From Candidatus Hermodarchaeota archaeon (GTDB lineage Archaea; Asgardarchaeota; Lokiarchaeia; Sigyniarchaeales; SOKP01), in assembly GCA_048885535.1 (NCBI GenBank), contig JBHLLO010000029.1, positions 20,420 to 35,823 of the forward strand: DNA of 15,404 nucleotides. The letters run 5' to 3'. Positions 1-8,957 of this stretch are shown one piece after another (within the stretch, counting starts at the first letter, position 1; every line of letters starts with the position of its first letter). The position numbers were made by a program, and so were the translations under genes. The notes under the pieces were generated by a model. It was not told where the DNA came from, ran no database searches, and worked only from the letters and a program-made list of their open reading frames with translations.

Positions 1-185
1 TCCTTAATAATAATAATATCTCTTTAATTCTATAAATTTTAAGGTTCAAATTTATTCATATCTTTTTAGCTTTGATTTAAATAATTATACTTGTTAAATA
101 ATTTAACTATTCTAAAGGTTTAAAAAATTGTACATACTACTATGCAAATAATTAAATAGATTAAATGCAACTAGGAGAGTTTTAA

Positions 186-734
186 ATGGCTGAAATTAAA
201 TTTAAAATTGTAGTTATCGGGGATGCAGCAGTAGGAAAAACATCCTTAATAAGAAAATATACAAAGGGAGACTTTCAGGAAGATTATATTGCAACGCTTG
301 GTGCCCAATTCACTCAGTACGAGGAAAAGATCGAAGATGTTAACTTAAAATTCATATTTTGGGATATTGCGGGACAAGAGATATTCGAACAGATGCGCAA
401 AAAGTTTTACTCAGGAACTAAAGGAGCCATCATAGTTTTTTCACATTCTTCCGATGAACAGAATAGTTTCAGAAGAATTAGTAAATGGCTTTCGGAAATC
501 AGAAAGTATTGTGGAAAAATTCAAATAGCATTATTTGGAAATAAAATAGATTTAGTGAATGAAGAAGAATTACGCAGAAATGAGAATTTAGATACTTCTG
601 ATTTAAATGTAGAAAGATATGTCAGAGAAAATGATTTCTTGGGTTATTATAAAACGAGTGCATTAACAGGTCAAGGTGTTTACGATGCATTTCGTGCTCT
701 AGCAAAAAGACTCTATTCTTTGGGAAAATTTTAA
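186..734 (+). CDS. Rab/Ras-superfamily small GTPase (Asgard Rab-like), paralog 1
   Basis: G1 GDAAVGKT, G2 region YIATLG, G3 WDIAGQ, G4 NKID, G5 TSA; N-terminal FKIVVIG strand; GGAG SD-like motif at 174-177; no C-terminal Cys/prenylation tail. Confidence 0.93.
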   Translation: MAEIKFKIVVIGDAAVGKTSLIRKYTKGDFQEDYIATLGAQFTQYEEKIEDVNLKFIFWDIAGQEIFEQMRKKFYSGTKGAIIVFSHSSDEQNSFRRISKWLSEIRKYCGKIQIALFGNKIDLVNEEELRRNENLDTSDLNVERYVRENDFLGYYKTSALTGQGVYDAFRALAKRLYSLGKF

Positions 735-827
735 GTTATTTTTTGATTATTTTTCTATTTCTAAATATTTAAAAAATTATATTATTATAAAATAAACAAG
801 AATACGTATTTTTGGTTGAATAATTGA

Positions 828-1367
828 ATGGCGGACGTTAAATTTAAAATAACTGTAATTGGAGATGCTGCGGTTGGAAAAACATCCTTGATTAAGAAAT
901 ATACTAAAGGTGAGTTTCAGAGAAATTACATTTCTACTCTTGGCACCCAATTCACACGACATGAAGAAGTTATTGAGGGTGTTGCTATTGAACTTATTTT
1001 ATGGGATATAGCAGGACAAGCTGCATTTGAAGTTATGCGCCAAAATTTTTACACGGGTAGCAGTGGTGCAATTATTGTATTTTCCCATTCTCCAAATGAG
1101 ACGAAAAGTTTTAATAACATTGATAAATGGCTTTCTGAAGTGAGAGAGCATTGCGGTAATGTGCAGATTGCATTATTTGGGAACAAAATTGATTTAATAA
1201 GTGAAGAAGAACTGCAATCTACGGCATTATGTGATTCAAATGTTGAAGGATATGTAAAATCTCATAATTTTTTGGGTTATTATAAAACAAGTGCATTAAC
1301 AGGTGAAGGAGTATATGAGGCTTTTTACGCGTTAGCAAAAAGGTTGCACTCTTTAAAAAATTATTAA
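828..1367 (+). CDS. Rab/Ras-superfamily small GTPase (Asgard Rab-like), paralog 2
   Basis: Same G1-G5 motifs (GDAAVGKT, WDIAGQ, NKID, TSA); co-linear with paralog 1 over its whole length (shared GAIIVFSHS, QIALFGNKIDL, FLGYYKTSALTG). Confidence 0.93.
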   Translation: MADVKFKITVIGDAAVGKTSLIKKYTKGEFQRNYISTLGTQFTRHEEVIEGVAIELILWDIAGQAAFEVMRQNFYTGSSGAIIVFSHSPNETKSFNNIDKWLSEVREHCGNVQIALFGNKIDLISEEELQSTALCDSNVEGYVKSHNFLGYYKTSALTGEGVYEAFYALAKRLHSLKNY

Positions 1368-1406
1368 AAAAGTAAATAATGTAAAAGAAACGGTAAATTT
1401 AAATAA

Positions 1407-3659
1407 TTATGTACGCTTATAGATAAATCTTTCCCAAGATTTCGTTGAAGGCATTTCTTCGGGCATTCCTTTACGTTTTCTTATTTCTAATATTAAATCT
1501 TCTTCCAATGATGGAGGTACTTTCTCAAAATTTTTAAATTCATAACCAAAGAAAGCTCTACCCTGTGTTGAACTTCTTATTTCATCAGCTATGCCCACTA
1601 TTTCAGCAGCAGGAATCTGTCCTTGAACTCTAACGTACTCTCCTTCTGGGATAACATTATTAATTCTCCCTCTATGTTTACTAATAATTGTACTTATGGA
1701 TCCCTCAGTCCCTTGTGGTGTTTTTACATCTATTTTTTGAACTGGTTCGAAAAGATGAGGTTCTGCATTTAACATAGCAAGTGAGAGAGCTGAGTATGCC
1801 ATTGATGCTGTTTGAGCAAATTGAGTATGACGGGGATCTTCATGTATTACTAAATCCGTAAACACCGCTCTGATACCCATAGCGGGTTCTTTCGCTATAA
1901 TACATTCGTCTATCCAATTCCTAAATGAACTAACAAGATCATTTTTAATTCTATCAAATCTTTGTAGACCTGCGGCTCCATTTACAAGCAGATTTCCTTT
2001 ATAGACGTCAATAATACGACGCGCTTCTTTAGCATCCCAACCTGCCTTTTCTCTTAATATTTGAGCTCGTTCTTTTTCATCTTGCAAGTCTGTAATATAT
2101 CCTTCATCGATTAATTGTTCTGTTGTTTCATCTAAAGGTTCAACATATAAAATAATTCGATTATGAGCATTGGATGATTTTGTATTAAACTCTTTACTTT
2201 TACTAGTGATTTTTTCTCTGTAAACTATGATGGGTTCTCCAATATCAATTTGAACTTGGATATTAATTCTTTTAGTAAGAATTTCAATTTGTAGTGGGTC
2301 AATCCCACTTAAAATGTACTCCATCGACTCTTTATTCAATCGAAATTCAGCAGTTGGGTCAGCTTGTAACCATTTATTAACCACTTCACCTAATTTTGCA
2401 AGTTCATGTGGGTCCTTTGCTTTAATGCTTCTTGAAACAACAGCTTTACAGGCATAATGTATTTTTTCAAACGTTGGAATTTTTGAAATCTCATCTTTAT
2501 CTTTAGGAATTGTATCAGCATGAACAAATGTTTCACCAGAAGGACAAATAAATCCATATAAAGCAAATAAATTTCCAGCGGGAATTTTTGGAATATCTAA
2601 GATATCTGTAATTTCCATAACACCTAGCCTTTTAACTCTGTTTGAAGTACGATTTCCAAGAAGATAAATACTGTCTGTTTGATCAAAAGTCCCTGAAAAT
2701 ACACGACCAATCAGAGTAGCTTGATAATTTCGTTTTGGATCTAAGAAAATCTTAGTAATCATACCATAGAGTGGTCCTTTAGGGTCACTCTTTGTTAATG
2801 ATTGACCAAGTTCTGAATTCAAGTCTCCACCCCAGAGATGAGGAATTCTATATTTAGCTGCCGAGATAGGGTCAGGTAGATGATCAACAACCATTCTTAG
2901 CATTGGTTCATCAAGGGGAAGATTATCTCTTAACCACTGAATGTCCCCTTCGTTATATTTCTCAAAAACCGTAATAGGAGTCAGCCCTTTTTCCTTTAAT
3001 ATCTCATAGGTAAACCCCCAGCCATGTTTTGCTGAACCTACAGCCACACTATTCTTGGCAAAGTCAACTCCCCAGTCTGATCCCTCAGGTCTAACTTTCT
3101 TAATCAATTCATTTACTTGTTTAGTTATTTCATCTATCTTGGCATAAGTATCTTTAGGACTTAGTTTTAATTCACTAATTAATCTGTCAACTTTATTTAT
3201 AAAAAGGACAGGTTTACAGTATTCTTCACCAACTGCAAGACGAATATTTGTTTCTGTTTGAGTCATAACACCTTCTAAAGCATCAACCAATATCATAGCA
3301 CCATCACTACCTCTTAATGCTCGAGATACTTCTCCAGTGAAGGAAATATGACCAGGTGTATCATTCAATTGAAGAATATATGGTTCATTGTCATCAGGGT
3401 TTCTTTCATCTTTAAAAGCAAGTAAAACGACACTTGTGAAAATTGTGATGCCTCGTTCTTGCTCTTCATCATCCGAGTCCGTCATTTGGAGTTGTCCAGC
3501 ATCTTCAGGACGCATAAGACCTGCTCGTCTTAATAAGTAATCCGTAGCAGTGGTTTTTCCATGATCAATATGAGCAGTTATGCTAAATATTCTTTTCTTC
3601 TCATATGAACCAGAAGTCACCAGCTTCGCGATTTCCTCCGGATTCTTTACTTTAACCAT
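1407..3659 (-). CDS. fusA: Archaeal elongation factor 2 family GTPase (EF-2 or divergent aEF-2 paralog)
   Basis: AHIDHGKTT, ERGITI, DTPGH, NKVD; domain IV/V signatures PIIVYRE, HED..H, LFEPVQK, IRSSTQGRA, IRKRKG; 750 aa fits aEF-2. The diphthamide loop is non-canonical (HEDPRHTQFAQ). Confidence 0.93.
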   Translation of the reverse strand: MVKVKNPEEIAKLVTSGSYEKKRIFSITAHIDHGKTTATDYLLRRAGLMRPEDAGQLQMTDSDDEEQERGITIFTSVVLLAFKDERNPDDNEPYILQLNDTPGHISFTGEVSRALRGSDGAMILVDALEGVMTQTETNIRLAVGEEYCKPVLFINKVDRLISELKLSPKDTYAKIDEITKQVNELIKKVRPEGSDWGVDFAKNSVAVGSAKHGWGFTYEILKEKGLTPITVFEKYNEGDIQWLRDNLPLDEPMLRMVVDHLPDPISAAKYRIPHLWGGDLNSELGQSLTKSDPKGPLYGMITKIFLDPKRNYQATLIGRVFSGTFDQTDSIYLLGNRTSNRVKRLGVMEITDILDIPKIPAGNLFALYGFICPSGETFVHADTIPKDKDEISKIPTFEKIHYACKAVVSRSIKAKDPHELAKLGEVVNKWLQADPTAEFRLNKESMEYILSGIDPLQIEILTKRINIQVQIDIGEPIIVYREKITSKSKEFNTKSSNAHNRIILYVEPLDETTEQLIDEGYITDLQDEKERAQILREKAGWDAKEARRIIDVYKGNLLVNGAAGLQRFDRIKNDLVSSFRNWIDECIIAKEPAMGIRAVFTDLVIHEDPRHTQFAQTASMAYSALSLAMLNAEPHLFEPVQKIDVKTPQGTEGSISTIISKHRGRINNVIPEGEYVRVQGQIPAAEIVGIADEIRSSTQGRAFFGYEFKNFEKVPPSLEEDLILEIRKRKGMPEEMPSTKSWERFIYKRT

Positions 3660-3826
3660 TATAAGTTCACATTAAGTTAATTCTAATTGATTTAAAATGA
3701 TGTAATTGTAGAAAAAAATATGTCAAATCATAAAAATTTTATGTTTTCAATGTATAAAATTGAGATCTTCAAAAGATTCAATTTTTTTAAATCAGAAAAA
3801 TTAAAAAAAGATTTAAATAAATATTT

Positions 3827-4138
3827 TTAATCTGGAATTCGTTCTATTTTGAAACAAACCGGTCGTATACCGTCTGGACATGCAGTATATATCATATCCT
3901 TTCCAGTCCAAGTAGGAAATCCACCACCACATTGTAGAATAGAAATATTTTTATATAGTCCATACCAAGCATGATGACAGAAGCCCTCAGGCATATTTCC
4001 GCTTTCATCTACTATAAATTCTTTACCTTCAGTCATCCCGCATTTTGTTATGGGTATTCCGTTAGGTCGGATGAATTCATGACCGAGAACATCCTCAGGA
4101 CCAAATTGTTTCACAACTTTAATCTTTATTTTACTCAT
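3827..4138 (-). CDS. TIGR04076-family small Cys-containing protein
   Basis: Pattern KIKIKV...C...G.EF.V......PEGFC..AW...Y.......C.DG.RPV.FKIERI, recognised from memory as TIGR04076-like; paralog of the adjacent ORF. Confidence 0.8.
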   Translation of the reverse strand: MSKIKIKVVKQFGPEDVLGHEFIRPNGIPITKCGMTEGKEFIVDESGNMPEGFCHHAWYGLYKNISILQCGGGFPTWTGKDMIYTACPDGIRPVCFKIERIPD

Positions 4139-4169
4139 GATTGTCTCATTTTTTTTTTTTAATTATCAT

Positions 4170-4481
4170 TTAATCATTAATTCTCTCTAACTTAAAGCAA
4201 ACAGGTTTTCGTCCATCAGAACATGAAGTATGTTGAATTCCTTCCTCGTGTCCATAGAAGTTTCCATTGAAATATAGCACAGATAAGTCTTTATAAATAT
4301 CTCGCCATGCCCAACCGCAAAATCCTTCTGGCATCTTTTCGATATGTTCTACTATAAATTCTTGACCTTCATCAAAAGCGCTACATATTGTGATTTTTGT
4401 ACCATTTTTCGAGTATATTTCATGTCCAAAGACATCAATCGGGCTGAACTTTTTAATTACTGTAATTTTTATTTTTGACAT
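4170..4481 (-). CDS. TIGR04076-family small Cys-containing protein
   Basis: Same pattern (C, MPEGFCGWAW, CSDGRKPVCFKLERI) and same length (103 aa) as its neighbour. Confidence 0.8.
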   Translation of the reverse strand: MSKIKITVIKKFSPIDVFGHEIYSKNGTKITICSAFDEGQEFIVEHIEKMPEGFCGWAWRDIYKDLSVLYFNGNFYGHEEGIQHTSCSDGRKPVCFKLERIND

Positions 4482-4604
4482 TCTGACATTTCACATTCAC
4501 TTTTAAGTACTTAAATTAATGAACTTTATTAATTTATAGTTTATAATATTGAAGTTCAACCTAACTTAGAATAAGAAATGAACTAATAATAATCTTTATT
4601 AGCA

Positions 4605-6050
4605 TTAAAAAGGTAAAATATAATTTTTTAATACGTAGATGGCCCTTTTAGCACTTCTTGATTTCGCATTAAAGGATATTGATATATTTAAGATATCTAA
4701 ATTCTTGGGTATCTTATCTATTACAAAATTTTTAATAAAAGATAAAAAGTCCGTATATTCTCTTTTTGTTTTAGCCCATAAATAGTTATCCTTTTCAACA
4801 TAATTTGGATTTTTATGTTTAAATCTTTCAACATGGACTTTTGAAGTCAAAGGAGGACCTCTTCTTAAGAATGATTCGGTAAGTGTTGATCTTTCACTAC
4901 TGAGAACAAGATTGTATTCATCCTCTTCAAAATAGACTTCAAACTCAATTTTTCCGAATCTATCTTCATGAGAGATTTCTTTTTCTCCATTAGTTTTAAT
5001 ATGGTTTCCTAGCGAATATAGTTTATCCCGAATTACAGTATAATGGACTTGTGGGTTTTTATTTCTTAGTTCAATTATAGAAATTCTTGAAAGAATCAGA
5101 TCATTTCTATTTGAAAGGTCTTCTTCAGGTATGGGCATAATATAAAATAACTCTTTTCTAGGGTTTTTTAGAAATTGTTTGATTCTATAATTGCAGTATT
5201 TAAAAGCTTGTTTTGAAATAGCTGAAGCAACATTTCTATTTTTATCTATAGGATCTATTATAATAAAATAATCATTTCGAAAATGGCTAATCTGCTTTAA
5301 TTCTTTAGAGGTTCGATTATAATAATCTAAAGGGTTATTTCTTAGAGAAGCAAAATTATTGAATAGATTTATCAAAGAACCATAATAATAAATTAAAAGT
5401 TCAGCACTGTATCCAAAAAAACCCATTTTACCTACAACGCTTTTGTCTCCATAACTATAACTTGCTTTAAAAAATTGTTTTAGTAGTCTTACCTCATTTT
5501 TTTGTGTAGGAGATAAATTGTTTCTAATAAATTGCCCATGCCATGGAGATCGATCAACAGCAGTTATTGGGCCATTTTTTTTTATATAATCTAAATCTAC
5601 ATTGAAATAGAGTACGAGATCGATTTTAACTGTAAGATTTTCAGTATAATAATCCGCTGTTACATAAGGATGTTCAGCATATAGTAACCGAGCATTTCGA
5701 AATTCCTTATTAGTTAGTGATTTAATAATCCATCCTCGACACAATTTAAGAAAATCTTTTTTTGATTCTGCTTTTAATCTACTTTTTGTCAAGCCTTGAT
5801 ATTTTGATTTGTAAAAAGAATAATCCAGTCCAATAAAGAGATCAATATCGTAATCTCCTTTTAATTGAGTCTGTTTTATCCCTGTTGACCCTTGTGCTTC
5901 AATAGTTGTATAAGGTATTTTTTTCTTCCTTGCGGATTCCTTTAGCAACTCTTTCAATTTGTCAATAAGATTCTTAATTAGATTAAGTTCCTCTCCAGTT
6001 GGGGTGATTTCATTAAGTACTTGTTCAAATACTGCTTTAATTGAATTCAT
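4605..6050 (-). CDS. cca: Archaeal class I CCA-adding enzyme (tRNA nucleotidyltransferase)
   Basis: Pol-beta NTase motif QGS...DYDIDLF, YAEHPYV, TAVDRSPWH, VRLLKQF, GYSAELLI, IIDPIDKNRNVASA, RRGPP. Confidence 0.93.
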   Translation of the reverse strand: MNSIKAVFEQVLNEITPTGEELNLIKNLIDKLKELLKESARKKKIPYTTIEAQGSTGIKQTQLKGDYDIDLFIGLDYSFYKSKYQGLTKSRLKAESKKDFLKLCRGWIIKSLTNKEFRNARLLYAEHPYVTADYYTENLTVKIDLVLYFNVDLDYIKKNGPITAVDRSPWHGQFIRNNLSPTQKNEVRLLKQFFKASYSYGDKSVVGKMGFFGYSAELLIYYYGSLINLFNNFASLRNNPLDYYNRTSKELKQISHFRNDYFIIIDPIDKNRNVASAISKQAFKYCNYRIKQFLKNPRKELFYIMPIPEEDLSNRNDLILSRISIIELRNKNPQVHYTVIRDKLYSLGNHIKTNGEKEISHEDRFGKIEFEVYFEEDEYNLVLSSERSTLTESFLRRGPPLTSKVHVERFKHKNPNYVEKDNYLWAKTKREYTDFLSFIKNFVIDKIPKNLDILNISISFNAKSRSAKRAIYVLKNYILPF

Positions 6051-6162
6051 AAAGCTATAATAATAAGGTAAATGGTAAAAATTATTGAGTATATAAACAA
6101 ATATTTTACAGAATTAAAAAAATCTTAGTATTCCAATAATAAACCTTTTTAACCATTTTTTT

Positions 6163-6257
6163 AATTTGTCAATGAGATTCTTAGCTAAATTAAGCTCATC
6201 CTCAGAAGGAGTGATTTCCTTAAGTACTTGTTCAAACGCTGCTTTAATTGAATTTAT
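6163..6257 (-). pseudogene. Decayed duplicate of the 5' end of cca
   Basis: Ungapped match to 5956-6050 at offset 207 with 15 mismatches in 95 nt by hand count; encodes INSIKAAFEQVLKEITPSEDELNLAKNLIDK versus MNSIKAVFEQVLNEITPTGEELNLIKNLIDK; ATG replaced by ATA; frame stops at 6114-6116. Confidence 0.85.
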
Positions 6258-6321
6258 TGATTTAAGCGGTTAATCTTTCTATTTAATTATAAATTTCTAT
6301 GTTTTTTTTAATTTAGTTATT

Positions 6322-7029
6322 TTAAACTTTTATTGTATTAAATGAGATTTGAATTTCATTATAAAATTCTTTTATATATGCTCGAATTAATTTTGCTTTT
6401 GATTCAATTTCTTGCTTTTTACCAGCAACTCCTTTAATCTCATCTAAGCTTTCTATCCAAATTCCTTTATAAATATGTTCAGACTCTTGAAACTTTACTT
6501 CTAATTCTTGGCAAAGCAATTCAATGTTTTCTTCAATGATTTCATTTATTGATGTATTTAAAACAATAGTAACCATAAGCAATTCCTTATTCCCTCGGGA
6601 CCACTCAGATTCTATTTCAAAATAGTAATTCATTGATGAAAAAAATATCGTTTGATAAGTAAAAAACTTCTCCCTTGTTGCTATTTCAAAGAGATTACTT
6701 GCATTATATTTTTCTCTCTCAGTAAATACATCTTCTGGATATGAATAAAAAATAAGCGGTCCTTTTTTTCTATGAAAATATGTAAATAGAACTCCTGATT
6801 TTAAAGATATTTTCGCTTCTGGAATTAGAATTAGACTATATGAAGCGTCTGGATTTATTAATTTGTCTTCGAGATATACTTTACTTATTGTAAATTTAGC
6901 TCCATTCTTATGCAGACGAAGTGATTGACTTCTGAGTCCTAATCCTCCATATTTTTTTGCTTCTGAAATTATCTTTTTTCTATCTTTTTCGTGCATTATT
7001 TCCATTTCATGAAATGAAATAAATATCAT
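6322..7029 (-). CDS. Hypothetical protein with a probable longin/uDENN-like C-terminal domain and a possibly degenerate PAS-like N-terminus
   Basis: 235-aa ORF. VLFTYFHRKKGPLIFYSYP resembles the F-x4-GP-x6-P start of longin/uDENN folds, followed by MNYYFEIESEWSRGNKELLMVTIVL. IMHEKDR...RLHKNG resembles PAS/PAC motifs. Domain calls are by eye; start uncertain (several Mets). Confidence 0.6.
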   Translation of the reverse strand: MIFISFHEMEIMHEKDRKKIISEAKKYGGLGLRSQSLRLHKNGAKFTISKVYLEDKLINPDASYSLILIPEAKISLKSGVLFTYFHRKKGPLIFYSYPEDVFTEREKYNASNLFEIATREKFFTYQTIFFSSMNYYFEIESEWSRGNKELLMVTIVLNTSINEIIEENIELLCQELEVKFQESEHIYKGIWIESLDEIKGVAGKKQEIESKAKLIRAYIKEFYNEIQISFNTIKV

Positions 7030-7094
7030 TATATTTAAATCTAGCGAACATTTAAATGAAGGATATATGAACGGAAAGTGAACAATTGAGAAAA

Positions 7095-7128
7095 ATTTGT
7101 ATAAGAGCAGTATTTGTATAAGAGCAGT
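7095..7128. repeat. Perfect 17-bp tandem duplication (ATTTGTATAAGAGCAGT x2)
   Basis: Copies at 7095-7111 and 7112-7128, just downstream of the aIF5B stop codon. Confidence 0.95.
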
Positions 7129-7137
7129 ATAAATAGG

Positions 7138-8946
7138 TTACATCCCCCACCAGGGGTGGTTGACTTTTCTCATTAGAATTACAAACTCCCTTAATGCTTC
7201 TTTCTGATCTGTGCTTAACTCATTCGCAAATCTACCCATTAATTGTCTTACATGTGATTCTGGAATATTAACATATAAGGTTTCATCTTTTCCAATATCT
7301 TTTCCTATTTCTATACCACGAATAGATATAGCTACTTCAGAATCTCTTGTTGCTTTATCTAAAGTTTGTCCTTTATCTTGAATTTGATGAACTCGTCTAA
7401 CTTTTTTTCCATTAGCAGTTATTAATGATACTTTTGGATATAAAGTACCTGCTTCTACATGTACTCCAAATACAGCGGGATCAGAATTTCTAAAAATAAA
7501 CTGTGGTAACATTTTTAACTTTGCTGGTAAAATCAATTCACTTAGCCCTTTTGCAGTATCCTCAGCTTTCCTTGTTTCAGCGTATTCTATATAATCTTCT
7601 AATAAACGATATATTACATCATTAGTAAAGATTCTAATATTATCAATATAAGCTTGTTCTTTAGCTTCAGGTAGTATTGAAACGTTGAAACCTAGAACCG
7701 CAGCGGAATATGGATCAAGGTGTTTAACAATGTTAGCATTAATAATGTCCTCCTTTTTGATGGGACCTACATCAGCAACACTGATTTTTACACCATTTTG
7801 AGAAAAATGATTATTTAGGGCTTCAAGAGATCCAAGAGTATCTGCTTTTAATACTACTCCTGCTTTTTCTGTTTTTATTCTAATACTCTGCACTTCTTCT
7901 TCAATTTGTTTATAAATAACATCTTCCTCAGAAGGGCTTCCAATACCCCTTAAGGGTGATCCTGCTACTACATCATCTATATTAGGTGCCAAAATTTTAA
8001 CTCCGGCTGCCGCACTTACCATTTCCTCTGAATCAAATCTCTGACGTGGATCTCTTATTTCATCTAAAGGTTTTGGCCTTAATAATGCTCTAACTTTAGA
8101 CTTAATTGGTTTCTCTAAACCGCCAACAATAATTTCGTCTCCCTTCTTTAGTATTCCATCATAGATTAAAACATCTAACGTTATCCCTTGTCCTTTCTCC
8201 TTTTTAACTTCTAGAACAACCCCTTTTGCAGGACCTTCAGAAAATTTAAGATTTTGTGTTAAATATTGTTGTACTAATCCCATTAATACCATTAACAAAG
8301 TCGATATTCCTTCACCGCTTTTAGCACTTGTAGGTACTATTGCGATTTTTTTGGTGAAATCTTTAATTTTATCGTATCTATCAATACCCTTAAATCCTTC
8401 TTCTAAAAAATTTCCCATTATTTGCAAAATCCTTTCATCTAAATAATCCTTCACATGTGGTTTTTGAGTATTATATGTGTCAAGAAAATCAGCATCTGTT
8501 TTTGATTTCCATCCAGAAATTCTATCGATTTTATTTGCTGCTATTACAAATGGTGTCTTTCTTTCTCTTAATATTCTTACAGATTCCCACGTTATGGGTT
8601 GTGTTCCTGCTGTAACATCAATAACTAAAATCGCTATATCTGCCACTGCACCCCCTCTTCTTCTTAAATTTAAAAATGCTGCGTGCCCAGGAGTATCTAC
8701 AACAAGTATTCCTGGAAGTTTTATCTCCTTTTCAGCGAATTCATGTTTTGATTTTTTAAGAAATTCTTTAATGTCTTCAGTTGGGAAATAAGATGCACCA
8801 ATGTGTTGAGTGATCCCTGCTGCCTCTCTCTGTTGAACTACTGTACCTCGAATATAATCTAAAAGTGATGTCTTTCCATGATCTATATGTCCTAAGATAC
8901 AAGCTATAGGAGCTCGTATAACCTTAGATTCTTCGATTTCTGTCAT
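7138..8946 (-). CDS. infB: Translation initiation factor IF-2 (aIF5B)
   Basis: IRAPIACILGHIDHGKT, AGITQHIGA, DTPGHAAF, RGGAVADIAILV, NKID, KADTLGSLEAL, FRNSDPAVFGV. Start set to the ATG at 8946 because the GTG at 8955 is part of an AGGTG SD-like motif 6 nt upstream of that ATG. Confidence 0.96.
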   Translation of the reverse strand: MTEIEESKVIRAPIACILGHIDHGKTSLLDYIRGTVVQQREAAGITQHIGASYFPTEDIKEFLKKSKHEFAEKEIKLPGILVVDTPGHAAFLNLRRRGGAVADIAILVIDVTAGTQPITWESVRILRERKTPFVIAANKIDRISGWKSKTDADFLDTYNTQKPHVKDYLDERILQIMGNFLEEGFKGIDRYDKIKDFTKKIAIVPTSAKSGEGISTLLMVLMGLVQQYLTQNLKFSEGPAKGVVLEVKKEKGQGITLDVLIYDGILKKGDEIIVGGLEKPIKSKVRALLRPKPLDEIRDPRQRFDSEEMVSAAAGVKILAPNIDDVVAGSPLRGIGSPSEEDVIYKQIEEEVQSIRIKTEKAGVVLKADTLGSLEALNNHFSQNGVKISVADVGPIKKEDIINANIVKHLDPYSAAVLGFNVSILPEAKEQAYIDNIRIFTNDVIYRLLEDYIEYAETRKAEDTAKGLSELILPAKLKMLPQFIFRNSDPAVFGVHVEAGTLYPKVSLITANGKKVRRVHQIQDKGQTLDKATRDSEVAISIRGIEIGKDIGKDETLYVNIPESHVRQLMGRFANELSTDQKEALREFVILMRKVNHPWWGM

Positions 8947-8952
8947 TTCTAA

Positions 8953-8957
8953 CACCT
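8953..8957 (-). promoter_or_regulatory. Shine-Dalgarno-like AGGTG upstream of infB
   Basis: Minus strand reads AGGTG-ttagaa-ATG; GGTG is a typical archaeal SD core. Confidence 0.6.

Noticed and set aside
4149-4160. T12 run as a terminator
   Set aside because: It reads as poly-A on the coding (minus) strand of both flanking genes, so it is in the wrong orientation.
3827-4481. Selenocysteine recoding in the Cys-rich small proteins
   Set aside because: All conserved positions are Cys codons; there is no in-frame TGA.
5956-6257. cca 5' duplication as a DGR template/variable repeat pair
   Set aside because: Mismatches are not adenine-specific on either strand, and there is no reverse transcriptase in the window.
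7030-7140. infB stop is in frame with the downstream ORF across 36 stop-free codons (possible readthrough fusion)
   Set aside because: The stop is TAA, aIF5B ends at its normal C-terminus, and the linker includes the 17-bp duplication; most likely chance.
8947-8955. GTG start for infB given by the ORF track
   Set aside because: The GTG is part of the SD-like AGGTG; the ATG at 8946 is better placed.
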